A DNA stretch of 64,000 bases from Bacilli bacterium (lineage in GTDB: Bacteria > Bacillota_I > Bacilli_A > RF39 > UBA660), in assembly GCA_017510225.1 (NCBI GenBank), contig JAFWNS010000006.1, positions 2,260 through 66,259 on the forward strand, written 5' to 3'. Made by a program: the position numbers and the translations under genes. This document shows positions 27,877 through 36,348 of the stretch, piece by piece; positions within the stretch are counted from its first letter, which is position 1, and each line of letters opens with the position of its first letter. The notes beneath the pieces are model-generated. The model was not told the DNA's origin, made no database searches, and saw only the letters and a program-made list of their open reading frames with translations.

Positions 27877-28464
27877 ATGAATTTATCTGTGATGGGAAAG
27901 ATTTCAACAGTTTTTAAATATCTGTTTTCATCTTTTATATCTCTTAATTTATTCATATTAGCACTTCTTTTATTTTTACTTTTATTATTTAATATTAAAA
28001 GAAAAAGTAAATATGTTCACTATATAGTATTAGTTATATATGTAGCGTTTATGCTTTCTATTTTTATAGCATCACCAGCATATATAGGTTATTCTATAGA
28101 TTCATTTATTAAGGGAATTATGAAGTATATATATTTCCCATCTACAGTTGCTTATTTCTTTATAATGTTATTCTGTGGAGGTATGTTAATTTATTCTATT
28201 TATAGTAAGAAATTAACTAAGTTTAAAAGAATATTTAATTATGTTACTTTTAGTATTATGTTTTTCTTATTTACTGCTTTTGTAGTAGTAGTAACATACA
28301 ATAAATTAGATATTAGAGTATTAGAATTGTTATATAAGAATGATACTGTTTTATCTATAGTTCAGATTAGTAATTTTATATTATTTGGTTGGATTATATT
28401 TACTTTATTTTATAAATTATATAATTATTTTAAGAAAAATTATGATAAAAAAAATGAGGATTAA
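27877..28464 (+). CDS. hypothetical polytopic membrane protein
   Basis: GGAGGTGG RBS. Five or six hydrophobic helices. No known family recognised. Confidence 0.45.
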   Translation: MNLSVMGKISTVFKYLFSSFISLNLFILALLLFLLLLFNIKRKSKYVHYIVLVIYVAFMLSIFIASPAYIGYSIDSFIKGIMKYIYFPSTVAYFFIMLFCGGMLIYSIYSKKLTKFKRIFNYVTFSIMFFLFTAFVVVVTYNKLDIRVLELLYKNDTVLSIVQISNFILFGWIIFTLFYKLYNYFKKNYDKKNED

Positions 28465-29300
28465 TATTCCTCTATTTTTTTTATGTAATATTCTTCAAAA
28501 CATAGTTTATGTTTCTTTATATATTTAGAAGCTTTTTTACCTACATATCTATAATGCCAAGATTCATATTGATATCCAGTTTGTTTCACTTTATCTTTTG
28601 GAAATCTTAATATAAATCCATATTTATGAGCATTTTTTTGCATCCATTTGAATTCTTTTGTTTTTTCGAAGTTATTAAAATCAGTTTTCCCATTATATAT
28701 ATCAGTAGCAAGACCTGTTTGGTGTTCTGAGTATCCTGGTCTAGCAGAATATGTATCAGCAGCTTCTTTTCCGTCTTTTTTCTTGTATTTATTATATAGA
28801 TCTACTTGATATTTATAACTTCTATAACTAGACATAGCAATTATATTATAACCATCTTTTTTTGCATCTTTTGCCATTTTTTCAAAAGCAATTCTAGCTT
28901 CTTTTACTAATTTCATACCTTTTCTTGCATATTTAATATTTATATTTTCTAAGTTATTAGGTATGTAGTTTTTTCCTAAGTAATTATATTTATTTACTAA
29001 TACTTTATTAGTATTTAAATATTTACTTTTTTTAGTATTAGTATAATACTTTTTATCTATTCCTATATTAACATCTATTATTACTTGTTTATTAGATAGG
29101 TTTTTATGTTTCTTTTTATATTTAATATATCTGTTTATATTTTTATAGTTAAAGTAATCTATTTTTTGATCTATGTTATTTAATTCTTTTAATCTTTTAT
29201 CTTTAGTACTTGGTTTATTATTCATTATTATAAAACCTATTAGAAATATTATTAATATAAGTATTAAGATGTTTCTTTTTTTTAGTTTTTTTCTTTTCAT
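28461..29300 (-). CDS. VanY-type D-alanyl-D-alanine carboxypeptidase (peptidase M15B), membrane anchored
   Basis: SYRSY...SEHQTGLATD...D....W and ESWHYRY motifs. Start moved to the Met of MKRKKLKK at 29300, 5 nt after an AGGTGA RBS. Confidence 0.8.
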   Translation of the reverse strand: MKRKKLKKRNILILILIIFLIGFIIMNNKPSTKDKRLKELNNIDQKIDYFNYKNINRYIKYKKKHKNLSNKQVIIDVNIGIDKKYYTNTKKSKYLNTNKVLVNKYNYLGKNYIPNNLENINIKYARKGMKLVKEARIAFEKMAKDAKKDGYNIIAMSSYRSYKYQVDLYNKYKKKDGKEAADTYSARPGYSEHQTGLATDIYNGKTDFNNFEKTKEFKWMQKNAHKYGFILRFPKDKVKQTGYQYESWHYRYVGKKASKYIKKHKLCFEEYYIKKIEEY

Positions 29301-29389
29301 AATATCACCTACTACTAATAATATCATTAAATTACTTTTTTATGTATAAAAATTATTATTTAATCATATTAAATAGTGGAGGTATGTCA

Positions 29390-30547
29390 ATGAAGAAGTT
29401 GATTATATTTATACTTTTGATTATATTTATTAGTCCATTATATGTATTTGCATTAGATAATAAAGAGGAATTGATTCCTGGATCTGTTAGTGGGGTTTTG
29501 ATGGAAGCAAGTAGTGGAAAGATTTTATTTGAGAAAGAAAAGAATAAAAAAGTTTCTGTTGCGTCTATGACTAAGATGGTTGCGCAGATTATTATTTTAG
29601 AAAATATTGAGAAGGGTAATATTAAATGGACTGATAAGGTTACTGTTAGTAAGAATGCTTCTAGTATGGGTGGTAGTCAGATATATCTTAGTGAAGGAGA
29701 GAAGGTTACAGTTAAAGATTTAATGAAAGGTATATCTATGGCAAGTGGTAATGATGCGACTGTGGCAATGGCAGAAGTTATTAGTGGTAGTGAAGCTAAG
29801 TTTGTAGATCTTATGAATAAAAAAGTAAAGGAATTAGGTTTAAAAAATACAGTATTTAAAAACTGTACTGGTTTAGATGAGCAAGGACATTATTCTACTG
29901 CTTATGATATGGCAGTGATTGCTAGAGAATTAGTTGTTAATCATCCGGAAATACTTAAGTTTTCTTCTGTATATGAAGATTATTTAAGAGAAGATACTTC
30001 TAATAAATTCTGGTTAGTTAATACTAATAAATTAGTTAGATATTATGAAGGTGCAGATGGTTTGAAGACTGGGCATACTGATAATGCTAAATATTGTTTA
30101 GCGGCTACTGCTAAAAGAGGAGATATGAGACTAATCGCAATAGTTTTAGGAGAAGATGATAGTAAGAAAAGAAATAATGAGGCAATGGGTTTATTAGATT
30201 ATGGATTTAATAATTATAGATATACTAAATTAAAAGATAGAGGTTCTATTATTAAAAAGATATCTTTAGAAAAAGCAGATAAAGATAATATTAATGTATT
30301 ACTAAGTAATGATTTAGGAGTAATGGAAGATAAAAATAGTAATAAACATAATTATAAATATAAAGTTAATATAAATAATATAAAATTACCTATTAAGAAG
30401 AATAGTGTTGTTGGTAAGATTATTGTTAAAGAGAATAATAAAGTAGTAAGTAGTTCTGATTTAATTATTAAAGAAGATATAAATAATATTAATTATTTAG
30501 GTTTATTAATTAATAATTTAAAAGAAGTAATTAGTGGTAATTATTAA
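29390..30547 (+). CDS. dacF: serine-type D-alanyl-D-alanine carboxypeptidase (PBP5/DacF-like)
   Basis: Signal peptide. SMTKM (SxxK), SGN and KTG motifs. Start at ATG 29390, 7 nt after GGAGG. Confidence 0.85.
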   Translation: MKKLIIFILLIIFISPLYVFALDNKEELIPGSVSGVLMEASSGKILFEKEKNKKVSVASMTKMVAQIIILENIEKGNIKWTDKVTVSKNASSMGGSQIYLSEGEKVTVKDLMKGISMASGNDATVAMAEVISGSEAKFVDLMNKKVKELGLKNTVFKNCTGLDEQGHYSTAYDMAVIARELVVNHPEILKFSSVYEDYLREDTSNKFWLVNTNKLVRYYEGADGLKTGHTDNAKYCLAATAKRGDMRLIAIVLGEDDSKKRNNEAMGLLDYGFNNYRYTKLKDRGSIIKKISLEKADKDNINVLLSNDLGVMEDKNSNKHNYKYKVNINNIKLPIKKNSVVGKIIVKENNKVVSSSDLIIKEDINNINYLGLLINNLKEVISGNY

Positions 30548-30591
30548 TAATATAGATACATATATAATATATAGAAAGGAATGAATAATAT

Positions 30592-30852
30592 ATGGAAATA
30601 CTTAAAGTAAGTAGTAAATCTAATCCTAATAGTGTAGCAGGAGCTTTAACTAATGTTTTTAGAGAGAAGGGAAGTGTAGAAATACAAGCGGTAGGTGCAG
30701 GTGCTTTAAATCAAGCTATTAAAGCGATTGCAATAGCTAGAGGATTTGTGGCACCTAGTGGTAGGAATTTAGTATGTATACCAGCTTTTCAAGATATATC
30801 TATAGATGGGGAAGAACGTACTGCAATCAAGTTAATTATAGAGGCTAAATAG
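30592..30852 (+). CDS. spoVS: stage V sporulation protein S
   Basis: 86 aa. MEILKVSSKSNPNSVAGAL...GAGALNQAIKAIAIARGF is nearly invariant SpoVS sequence. Confidence 0.9.
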   Translation: MEILKVSSKSNPNSVAGALTNVFREKGSVEIQAVGAGALNQAIKAIAIARGFVAPSGRNLVCIPAFQDISIDGEERTAIKLIIEAK

Positions 30853-30868
30853 CCTTTTTATTTTACTT
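30838..30868 (+). terminator. rho-independent terminator after spoVS
   Basis: aggct / agcct hairpin followed by TTTTTATTTT. Confidence 0.45.
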
Positions 30869-30913
30869 TTTATATGATATATTATATATAGATAATATAA
30901 CGAGGTGGATATT

Positions 30914-31288
30914 ATGTCTTTTATAAATAATGATGATAAGAAAATTATTGATTCAACAGACTATGTAATTTGTTCTAGATGTGGTGAACCTATGAAACCA
31001 GATGCTAGATGTTGTTTGAAATGTGGAACTTTAAATTATAGAAATCCAGAGAATAGTTATATGAAGAGTCATCTTTCTGAAAAGAAACTAGATAAAATAA
31101 ATAGAAAAAGATTTGAAGAAGAGATGGATAATGATGACAGTGTTTATGTAGGTGGACAAAAACTAAAAGAAGTAAAAGTAGAAGATAAAAAACCAGAAGA
31201 AACTAAAAAAATAATTTCTATTCCTTCATATGTTATATTATTAATACTGTTAGTTATAGGTGTTATTTGTTATTTTATATTTAAATAG
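30914..31288 (+). CDS. zinc-ribbon domain protein with a C-terminal TM helix
   Basis: CSRCG...CLKCG ribbon and a C-terminal hydrophobic helix. Start at ATG 30914, 5 nt after GAGGTGG. Confidence 0.55.
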   Translation: MSFINNDDKKIIDSTDYVICSRCGEPMKPDARCCLKCGTLNYRNPENSYMKSHLSEKKLDKINRKRFEEEMDNDDSVYVGGQKLKEVKVEDKKPEETKKIISIPSYVILLILLVIGVICYFIFK

Positions 31289-31296
31289 TTAAAGAC

Positions 31297-31325
31297 TTGA
31301 TAAATATTAAAAAAAATAATATAAT
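31297..31325 (+). promoter_or_regulatory. sigma-A promoter of the T-box leader
   Basis: TTGATA (31297-302), 17 nt, then TATAAT (31320-25). Confidence 0.5.
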
Positions 31326-31329
31326 ATAG

Positions 31330-31516
31330 ACAAATCAATAATTAGAACTAATAATAAGATCATTTAATTATAGAGAATTCGTGGTTGGTGGAAACGATAT
31401 TAAATACTTATTTATCTACTCTATAGATGAAGAAATTCCGGTTAATACCGTTATCTAATTAAGTTAAATAAAAGGATGGTACCGTCTTTAGACTCCTTGT
31501 ACTATTCTTTTTTTTG
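31330..31516 (+). ncRNA. putative T-box riboswitch leader controlling DUF1653-serS
   Basis: About 190-nt leader. Stem I-like inverted repeat tatagag...ctctata. T-box-like conserved box aaAGGATGGTACCGtc (31471-31486; consensus AGGGTGGNACCGCG). T-run 31507-31516 just before the RBS. The downstream gene encodes an aminoacyl-tRNA synthetase. Confidence 0.4.
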
Positions 31517-31531
31517 TATTTAGGAGGATTT

Positions 31532-31783
31532 ATGAGAAAAGTTAAAGTAAATACTGAGTATAGACATTTTAAAGGTTCTAAAGCATTTGTTATTACAACT
31601 GCTAAGCATTCAGAAACAGGAGAAGATTTAGTTATATATTGCTGTGTAGATGGGGATAATACTAATCATGTAGATGGTATATATGCTAGACCTATGGATA
31701 TGTTTTTATCGAAAGTTGATCATAAGAAATATCCAAATGTTAAACAAAAATATAGATTTGAGGAAATAAAAGGAGGAAAATAA
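31532..31783 (+). CDS. DUF1653-like small protein co-transcribed with serS
   Basis: AGGAGG RBS 5 nt before ATG 31532. The stop lies 1 nt before the serS start. Confidence 0.5.
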   Translation: MRKVKVNTEYRHFKGSKAFVITTAKHSETGEDLVIYCCVDGDNTNHVDGIYARPMDMFLSKVDHKKYPNVKQKYRFEEIKGGK

Positions 31784-31784
31784 T

Positions 31785-33062
31785 ATGATAGATATTAAAT
31801 TAATAAGAGAAAATAGGGATTTAGTAAAGGAAAATATTAAGAAAAAATTTCAAGATGAAAAATTACCTTTAGTAGATGATGTTTTTGAACTTGATAAGAA
31901 GGTTAGAGAAGTTCAAGTTAAAGTAGATGGACTAAAAGCTGAAAAGAATAAACTTAGTGGTCAAATTGGATTATTAATGAGAGATGGTAAGAAAGAAGAA
32001 GCAGGTAAAATTAGAGAAGAGATTACTAAATCTGCAGGAGAGATTGCTAAATTAGAGGGTGAACAAGCAGAATTAAGGTCTTTAATTAAGGATAAGATGC
32101 TTGTTATTCCTCAAATAATGGATGAGTCTGTTCCTATTGGTAAAGATGATAGTGAGAATGTTGAATTAGAAAAAATAGGAGATCCAATTGTACCTGATTA
32201 TGAAATACCATATCATGCAGATATTATAAATAAAGTAAATGGTTTAGATAAAGAGGCTGCTGGTAGAACTAGTGGAGAAGGTTTCTATTATTTGATGGGA
32301 GATATTGCTAGACTTCATGAAGCTGTACTTGCTTATGCAAGAGATTTTATGATTGATAATGGATTTACTTATGCAATCCCACCATTTATGATTCATGGTG
32401 ATGTTGTTACTGGAGTTATGTCTTTTCCAGAAATGGAAGCTATGATGTATAAAATAGAAGGTGAAGATTTATATTTAATTGGTACTTCTGAACATTCTAT
32501 GATTGGTAAATATAAAGGACAAATAATAAAAGATAATGAATTACCAATCAATATAACAAGTTATTCTCCATGTTTTAGAAAAGAAGGAGGAGCTCATGGA
32601 TTAGAAGAAAGAGGTCTTTATAGAGTTCATCAATTTGAAAAACAAGAAATGATTGTTATATGTGAACCAGAAGAATCTATGGATTGGTATGATAAAATGC
32701 TTAATTTAACAGTAGAATTCTTTAGAAGTTTAGATATTCCTGTAAGAAAGTTAGAATGTTGTAGTGGAGATTTAGCAGATTTAAAAGTTAAATCTTGTGA
32801 TGTAGAAGCTTGGAGTCCAAGACAACAAAAATACTTTGAAGTAGGAAGTTGTTCTACATTAGGAGATGCTCAAGCTAGACGTTTAGGTATACGTAAAAAA
32901 GGAGAAAAAGGAACTTATTATTTACATACTTTAAATAATACAGTAATTGCTACTCCTAGAGGATTAATTGCTTTAATAGAAAATAATTATCAAGAAGATG
33001 GAAGTATTAAAATACCTAAAGCATTACAGCCATATATGGGTGGAAAAGAGATTATAAAGTAA
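31785..33062 (+). CDS. serS: seryl-tRNA synthetase
   Basis: N-terminal coiled-coil arm. Class II motifs (FRKE..G..GL.RVHQF.K.E, GSCS...DAQARRL). Confidence 0.93.
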   Translation: MIDIKLIRENRDLVKENIKKKFQDEKLPLVDDVFELDKKVREVQVKVDGLKAEKNKLSGQIGLLMRDGKKEEAGKIREEITKSAGEIAKLEGEQAELRSLIKDKMLVIPQIMDESVPIGKDDSENVELEKIGDPIVPDYEIPYHADIINKVNGLDKEAAGRTSGEGFYYLMGDIARLHEAVLAYARDFMIDNGFTYAIPPFMIHGDVVTGVMSFPEMEAMMYKIEGEDLYLIGTSEHSMIGKYKGQIIKDNELPINITSYSPCFRKEGGAHGLEERGLYRVHQFEKQEMIVICEPEESMDWYDKMLNLTVEFFRSLDIPVRKLECCSGDLADLKVKSCDVEAWSPRQQKYFEVGSCSTLGDAQARRLGIRKKGEKGTYYLHTLNNTVIATPRGLIALIENNYQEDGSIKIPKALQPYMGGKEIIK

Positions 33063-33063
33063 A

Positions 33064-33090
33064 AAGAATGTATTTTACATTCTTTTTTTA
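33064..33090 (+). terminator. rho-independent terminator after serS
   Basis: agaatgta / tacattct hairpin followed by T7. Confidence 0.6.
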
Positions 33091-33152
33091 ATAATATATT
33101 TACCTTTTAAAAAAATGTGTTATAATTTTATTAGAATAAGAGGTGAAAGATA

Positions 33153-34001
33153 ATGAATTGTCCAAATTGTGGAAGTCCAGTGGATGCTGGTGCTGCATTT
33201 TGTAATGGGTGTGGTGCTAATTTAGCGGTTGCTACACAACAACCAATTAATACTAATCAAAATATGCAACAACCAATGAATAATATGAATCAAGGAATGG
33301 TAAACAATCAACAACCATACCAAAATAATTCTGGATCATTAAACTTTTTTAAGTATATGATTGGAGCAATTATTAAACCATATGATACTTATAAAGAAAA
33401 TGAAGAAAAACTAAATAGTTTTAAAAACAGTGCAATTCTAACTATTGTTTTAGTTGCTATTATGACTGTGGCAAATTTATTAACAGCGGTTATTAATACT
33501 GTTAGACCTAGTTCTAATTATTTTAGTGAAGATACTGGATGGTCATGGGAAAATTTACAACATTTTCCATTCTTTAGAACTATCATAACTTTTTTAGCTA
33601 TATATGCTGGAATACTATTTATAATAGCAGGTGTTTATTTCTTAGCTAGTTTAATTGTTAAGAAAGATGTTAAATTTCCTAAATTATTAGGAGTTGCTAC
33701 AACAGCTTTTATACCCCTTGGATTAATAGTTTGTATTCTAGTTCCACTACTTATGATGATATCTAATTTACTTGCTGGAATATTTGCTTTAGTTGCAGTA
33801 ATTTATTCAATAATTCTATTAATTGAATTACTTGATGATGCAATAGCTATTGATACCAGTAATGCAAAAATGTATATGCATACAGCTTGCTTATCAATTA
33901 TAGTAATTGGTATGATATTATTTGTAAGTTTTGTTGTTAGTGATGCAGTAAACTCTGAAGTTCAAAGTTTTGGATTAAATATGATTGGATTATTTAAATA
34001 G
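33153..34001 (+). CDS. zinc-ribbon plus Yip1-like multi-TM membrane protein
   Basis: CPNCG...CNGCG ribbon, Q/N-rich linker, then five TM helices. Confidence 0.55.
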   Translation: MNCPNCGSPVDAGAAFCNGCGANLAVATQQPINTNQNMQQPMNNMNQGMVNNQQPYQNNSGSLNFFKYMIGAIIKPYDTYKENEEKLNSFKNSAILTIVLVAIMTVANLLTAVINTVRPSSNYFSEDTGWSWENLQHFPFFRTIITFLAIYAGILFIIAGVYFLASLIVKKDVKFPKLLGVATTAFIPLGLIVCILVPLLMMISNLLAGIFALVAVIYSIILLIELLDDAIAIDTSNAKMYMHTACLSIIVIGMILFVSFVVSDAVNSEVQSFGLNMIGLFK

Positions 34002-34021
34002 GAATTTATTCCTATTTTTTT
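33999..34021 (+). terminator. rho-independent terminator
   Basis: taggaat / attccta hairpin overlapping the stop codon, followed by T8. Confidence 0.5.
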
Positions 34022-34060
34022 TGTAATATGTTATAATGATTATAATAAGGAAGTGATTTT

Positions 34061-35257
34061 ATGTTGGATGATTTAGAAATGGAAATTGAAAGAAATAAGA
34101 TTGGTCAAACTGCTAAAAGATTAAAGAATTTATGTTTCAAAGATACTCCTTATGTAGATACATATGAAGATGCAGATAATTTAAAAAGAGCAGAAAAGAG
34201 ATTGAAAGAATTAGAAGATAAATTTGATTCATTAAGCGAACAAGATAGACAAGATTTATTTGGTGGAGAGTTTGGTGTTTGGTATGAAGGAGATAACGAA
34301 GATATCGTGGATATGGAGTATGGGGAACCTATACCTTTATATCTAACTTTGGATATTGCCTCTATTATGTTAACTAAACATTATATATTAAATTCTCATA
34401 TGAATGATGAGTTTAAGGAGAAAGCAAAAAAATTAAGAACAGAAATTTCAAAATTAAGAGATAAGTTCGCTGCTTTAAAATATGATGAATTGTTTGATAG
34501 TAATAAACATTTCAATAGAGATGTTGCTTTAGAAATAGCGGATTCTAATAATTATAAATTCGATATTGAAAATGAATATGGAGAACCATTTATAACTGTT
34601 GATGTTACTGGTCATTCTAATAGGTCATTAGAACCTGGTGATTATGGATATGATGAGACTGGATATAGTTATGATGGTACTGACCATTTACCTTTTAAAA
34701 CTGTAACTTATGATACCGGAGGGCTTGCATTTAAAGAAGATGCTGAGATAGTACATGAAAAAGCTAATGAAGAATATGATAAGAAAATGGAAGAGTTTAA
34801 TAATTCAATAACTGATGAAGTTAAATCATATTTCCCAGATGGAGTTATTCCTCCTATAGAAGAGATATCAAATCTTGAATATGAAAATGGTGTTGACCAT
34901 CATATAGTTACTTATTTAAAAAGAATAGCTCAGAACAAAGAAATTGTTAATTCTAATACTCGTTTAGATAGTGAGATTGAGAATGCTAGAGATGAGATAA
35001 AAACAGATATACGACTATTACATAGTAGAGAACGTGAGTTAGTAGAAGCTGCAGAAAAAGAAATTGTAGATAGAAAAAATGCTATAGATGAAGCTAAAAG
35101 CAGATATCAAGCAAAGAATCCTATTTGGAGATTTATGCATAGAAAACTTAATCCAGCTAAGATGGATTTATCTGATAAAAGTACTGAAGAAATAAATTCT
35201 ATGCTAGTAGAAAAAGAAGAAATAAAAGGGGATGATTTAGATCAGCCAACTAAGTGA
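34061..35257 (+). CDS. hypothetical acidic cytoplasmic protein
   Basis: Good RBS. Coiled-coil-rich. No family recognised. Confidence 0.45.
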   Translation: MLDDLEMEIERNKIGQTAKRLKNLCFKDTPYVDTYEDADNLKRAEKRLKELEDKFDSLSEQDRQDLFGGEFGVWYEGDNEDIVDMEYGEPIPLYLTLDIASIMLTKHYILNSHMNDEFKEKAKKLRTEISKLRDKFAALKYDELFDSNKHFNRDVALEIADSNNYKFDIENEYGEPFITVDVTGHSNRSLEPGDYGYDETGYSYDGTDHLPFKTVTYDTGGLAFKEDAEIVHEKANEEYDKKMEEFNNSITDEVKSYFPDGVIPPIEEISNLEYENGVDHHIVTYLKRIAQNKEIVNSNTRLDSEIENARDEIKTDIRLLHSRERELVEAAEKEIVDRKNAIDEAKSRYQAKNPIWRFMHRKLNPAKMDLSDKSTEEINSMLVEKEEIKGDDLDQPTK

Positions 35258-35273
35258 TGCTTTTGATGAATAT

Positions 35274-35525
35274 ATGGTAGAAGTAGATAAATTAGATATT
35301 GTATCTAAAAGAGAAGAATTATTAACAAATATAAAGGAATTAATTGGTATATTTCATGCTCTTGCTGAGAATGAAGATATAGAATTAGATAGTTTTGTTG
35401 ATGGTAGTAAATTCAATGTTAAAGTTGATTGTAATAATGAAGAAGAATTCTTAAAAAGTTCTATTGTATACTTAGAAATAGCCAAAAGTAATATAGGTGA
35501 TTATTTAGATAGAAGTGGAAGATAA
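35274..35525 (+). CDS. hypothetical small protein
   Basis: An in-frame stop 12 codons upstream confirms it is separate from the previous ORF. Confidence 0.4.
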   Translation: MVEVDKLDIVSKREELLTNIKELIGIFHALAENEDIELDSFVDGSKFNVKVDCNNEEEFLKSSIVYLEIAKSNIGDYLDRSGR

Positions 35526-35533
35526 TTCACTTC
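35502..35533 (+). terminator. rho-independent terminator
   Basis: agaagtg / cacttct hairpin followed by T7. Confidence 0.5.
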
Positions 35534-35547
35534 TATTTTTTTCATAA

Positions 35548-35576
35548 TTTGACAATAATCTCTTCTTCTGATAGAA
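35548..35576 (+). promoter_or_regulatory. sigma-A promoter
   Basis: TTGACA (35548-53), 17 nt, then TAGAAT (35571-76). Confidence 0.5.
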
Positions 35577-35604
35577 TATTTAATTGTCGTGCGAGGTGTA
35601 ATTT

Positions 35605-36282
35605 ATGACAAACAATGAAAGAGAAATAATTAAGGCATGTGAGGAAGAACCCTCCCTGATTTTTAATCTAATAAAGGGGAATAAATTAGGTTTAGTTCAA
35701 TATTTATTAGATAGAAATCCAAAAATGATTAATACTTGCGATATTGCAGGTAATGATGTAATGATGAAACTATTACAAGTAAAAGAATATGATTTAGTAT
35801 TAAAATATATAAAGAAAAGAAGTTGGTATGTTAATCATCAAAACTTTGATGGTAATACTATTGGACATAAACTTGCTAAAGATAATTCAATTGGGGCTTT
35901 AAAAATAGTAGATAAATTAACTAAGAGGTCTAATTATATGGCTGATATTAAGAATAATAATGGTGAGACTGCTTTAGATAGAGCAATCAATAATAACTAT
36001 ACTTCTATTGCATTTAAATTTTTAGAAAATAAGAAATGTACTAATATAGATATGAGTTCATTTATGAATTTATATAATACTTATATTAAGAATAATTATT
36101 ATGGTAAATATTCTAAATTAACTAATTTAGAAATAATAGTTAAAAATCTTAATAAAAAAGAATTATGTCCTAATCTTAGAGATTTAATTAATAAGATTAT
36201 GGATAATATAGATAGTATAAAGAATGATATTATTAAGGGTAGTGGAGTATTCTTAGATAGTATTGTTAATTCATTAGTATAA
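35605..36282 (+). CDS. ankyrin-repeat protein (about three ANK repeats)
   Basis: G-T-[LI]-H/D-xA-x(5-7)-[IV]-xx-L periodicity: DIAGNDVMMKLLQ, DGNTIGHKLAKDNSIGALKIVDKL, NGETALDRAINNNYTSIAFKFL. Confidence 0.5.
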   Translation: MTNNEREIIKACEEEPSLIFNLIKGNKLGLVQYLLDRNPKMINTCDIAGNDVMMKLLQVKEYDLVLKYIKKRSWYVNHQNFDGNTIGHKLAKDNSIGALKIVDKLTKRSNYMADIKNNNGETALDRAINNNYTSIAFKFLENKKCTNIDMSSFMNLYNTYIKNNYYGKYSKLTNLEIIVKNLNKKELCPNLRDLINKIMDNIDSIKNDIIKGSGVFLDSIVNSLV

Positions 36283-36305
36283 ACAAGGATAAATCCTTGT
36301 TTTTA
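36283..36305 (+). terminator. rho-independent terminator
   Basis: acaagga / tccttgt hairpin followed by TTTT. Confidence 0.5.
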
Positions 36306-36348
36306 ATATGCTAATAATATATAATATGTTTGGAAGTGAAGTGATACT

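Noticed and set aside
28461-29300. Vancomycin-resistance locus (VanY)
   Set aside because: No vanRS, vanH, vanA, vanB or vanX. Sporulation-associated context. More likely a housekeeping M15B carboxypeptidase.
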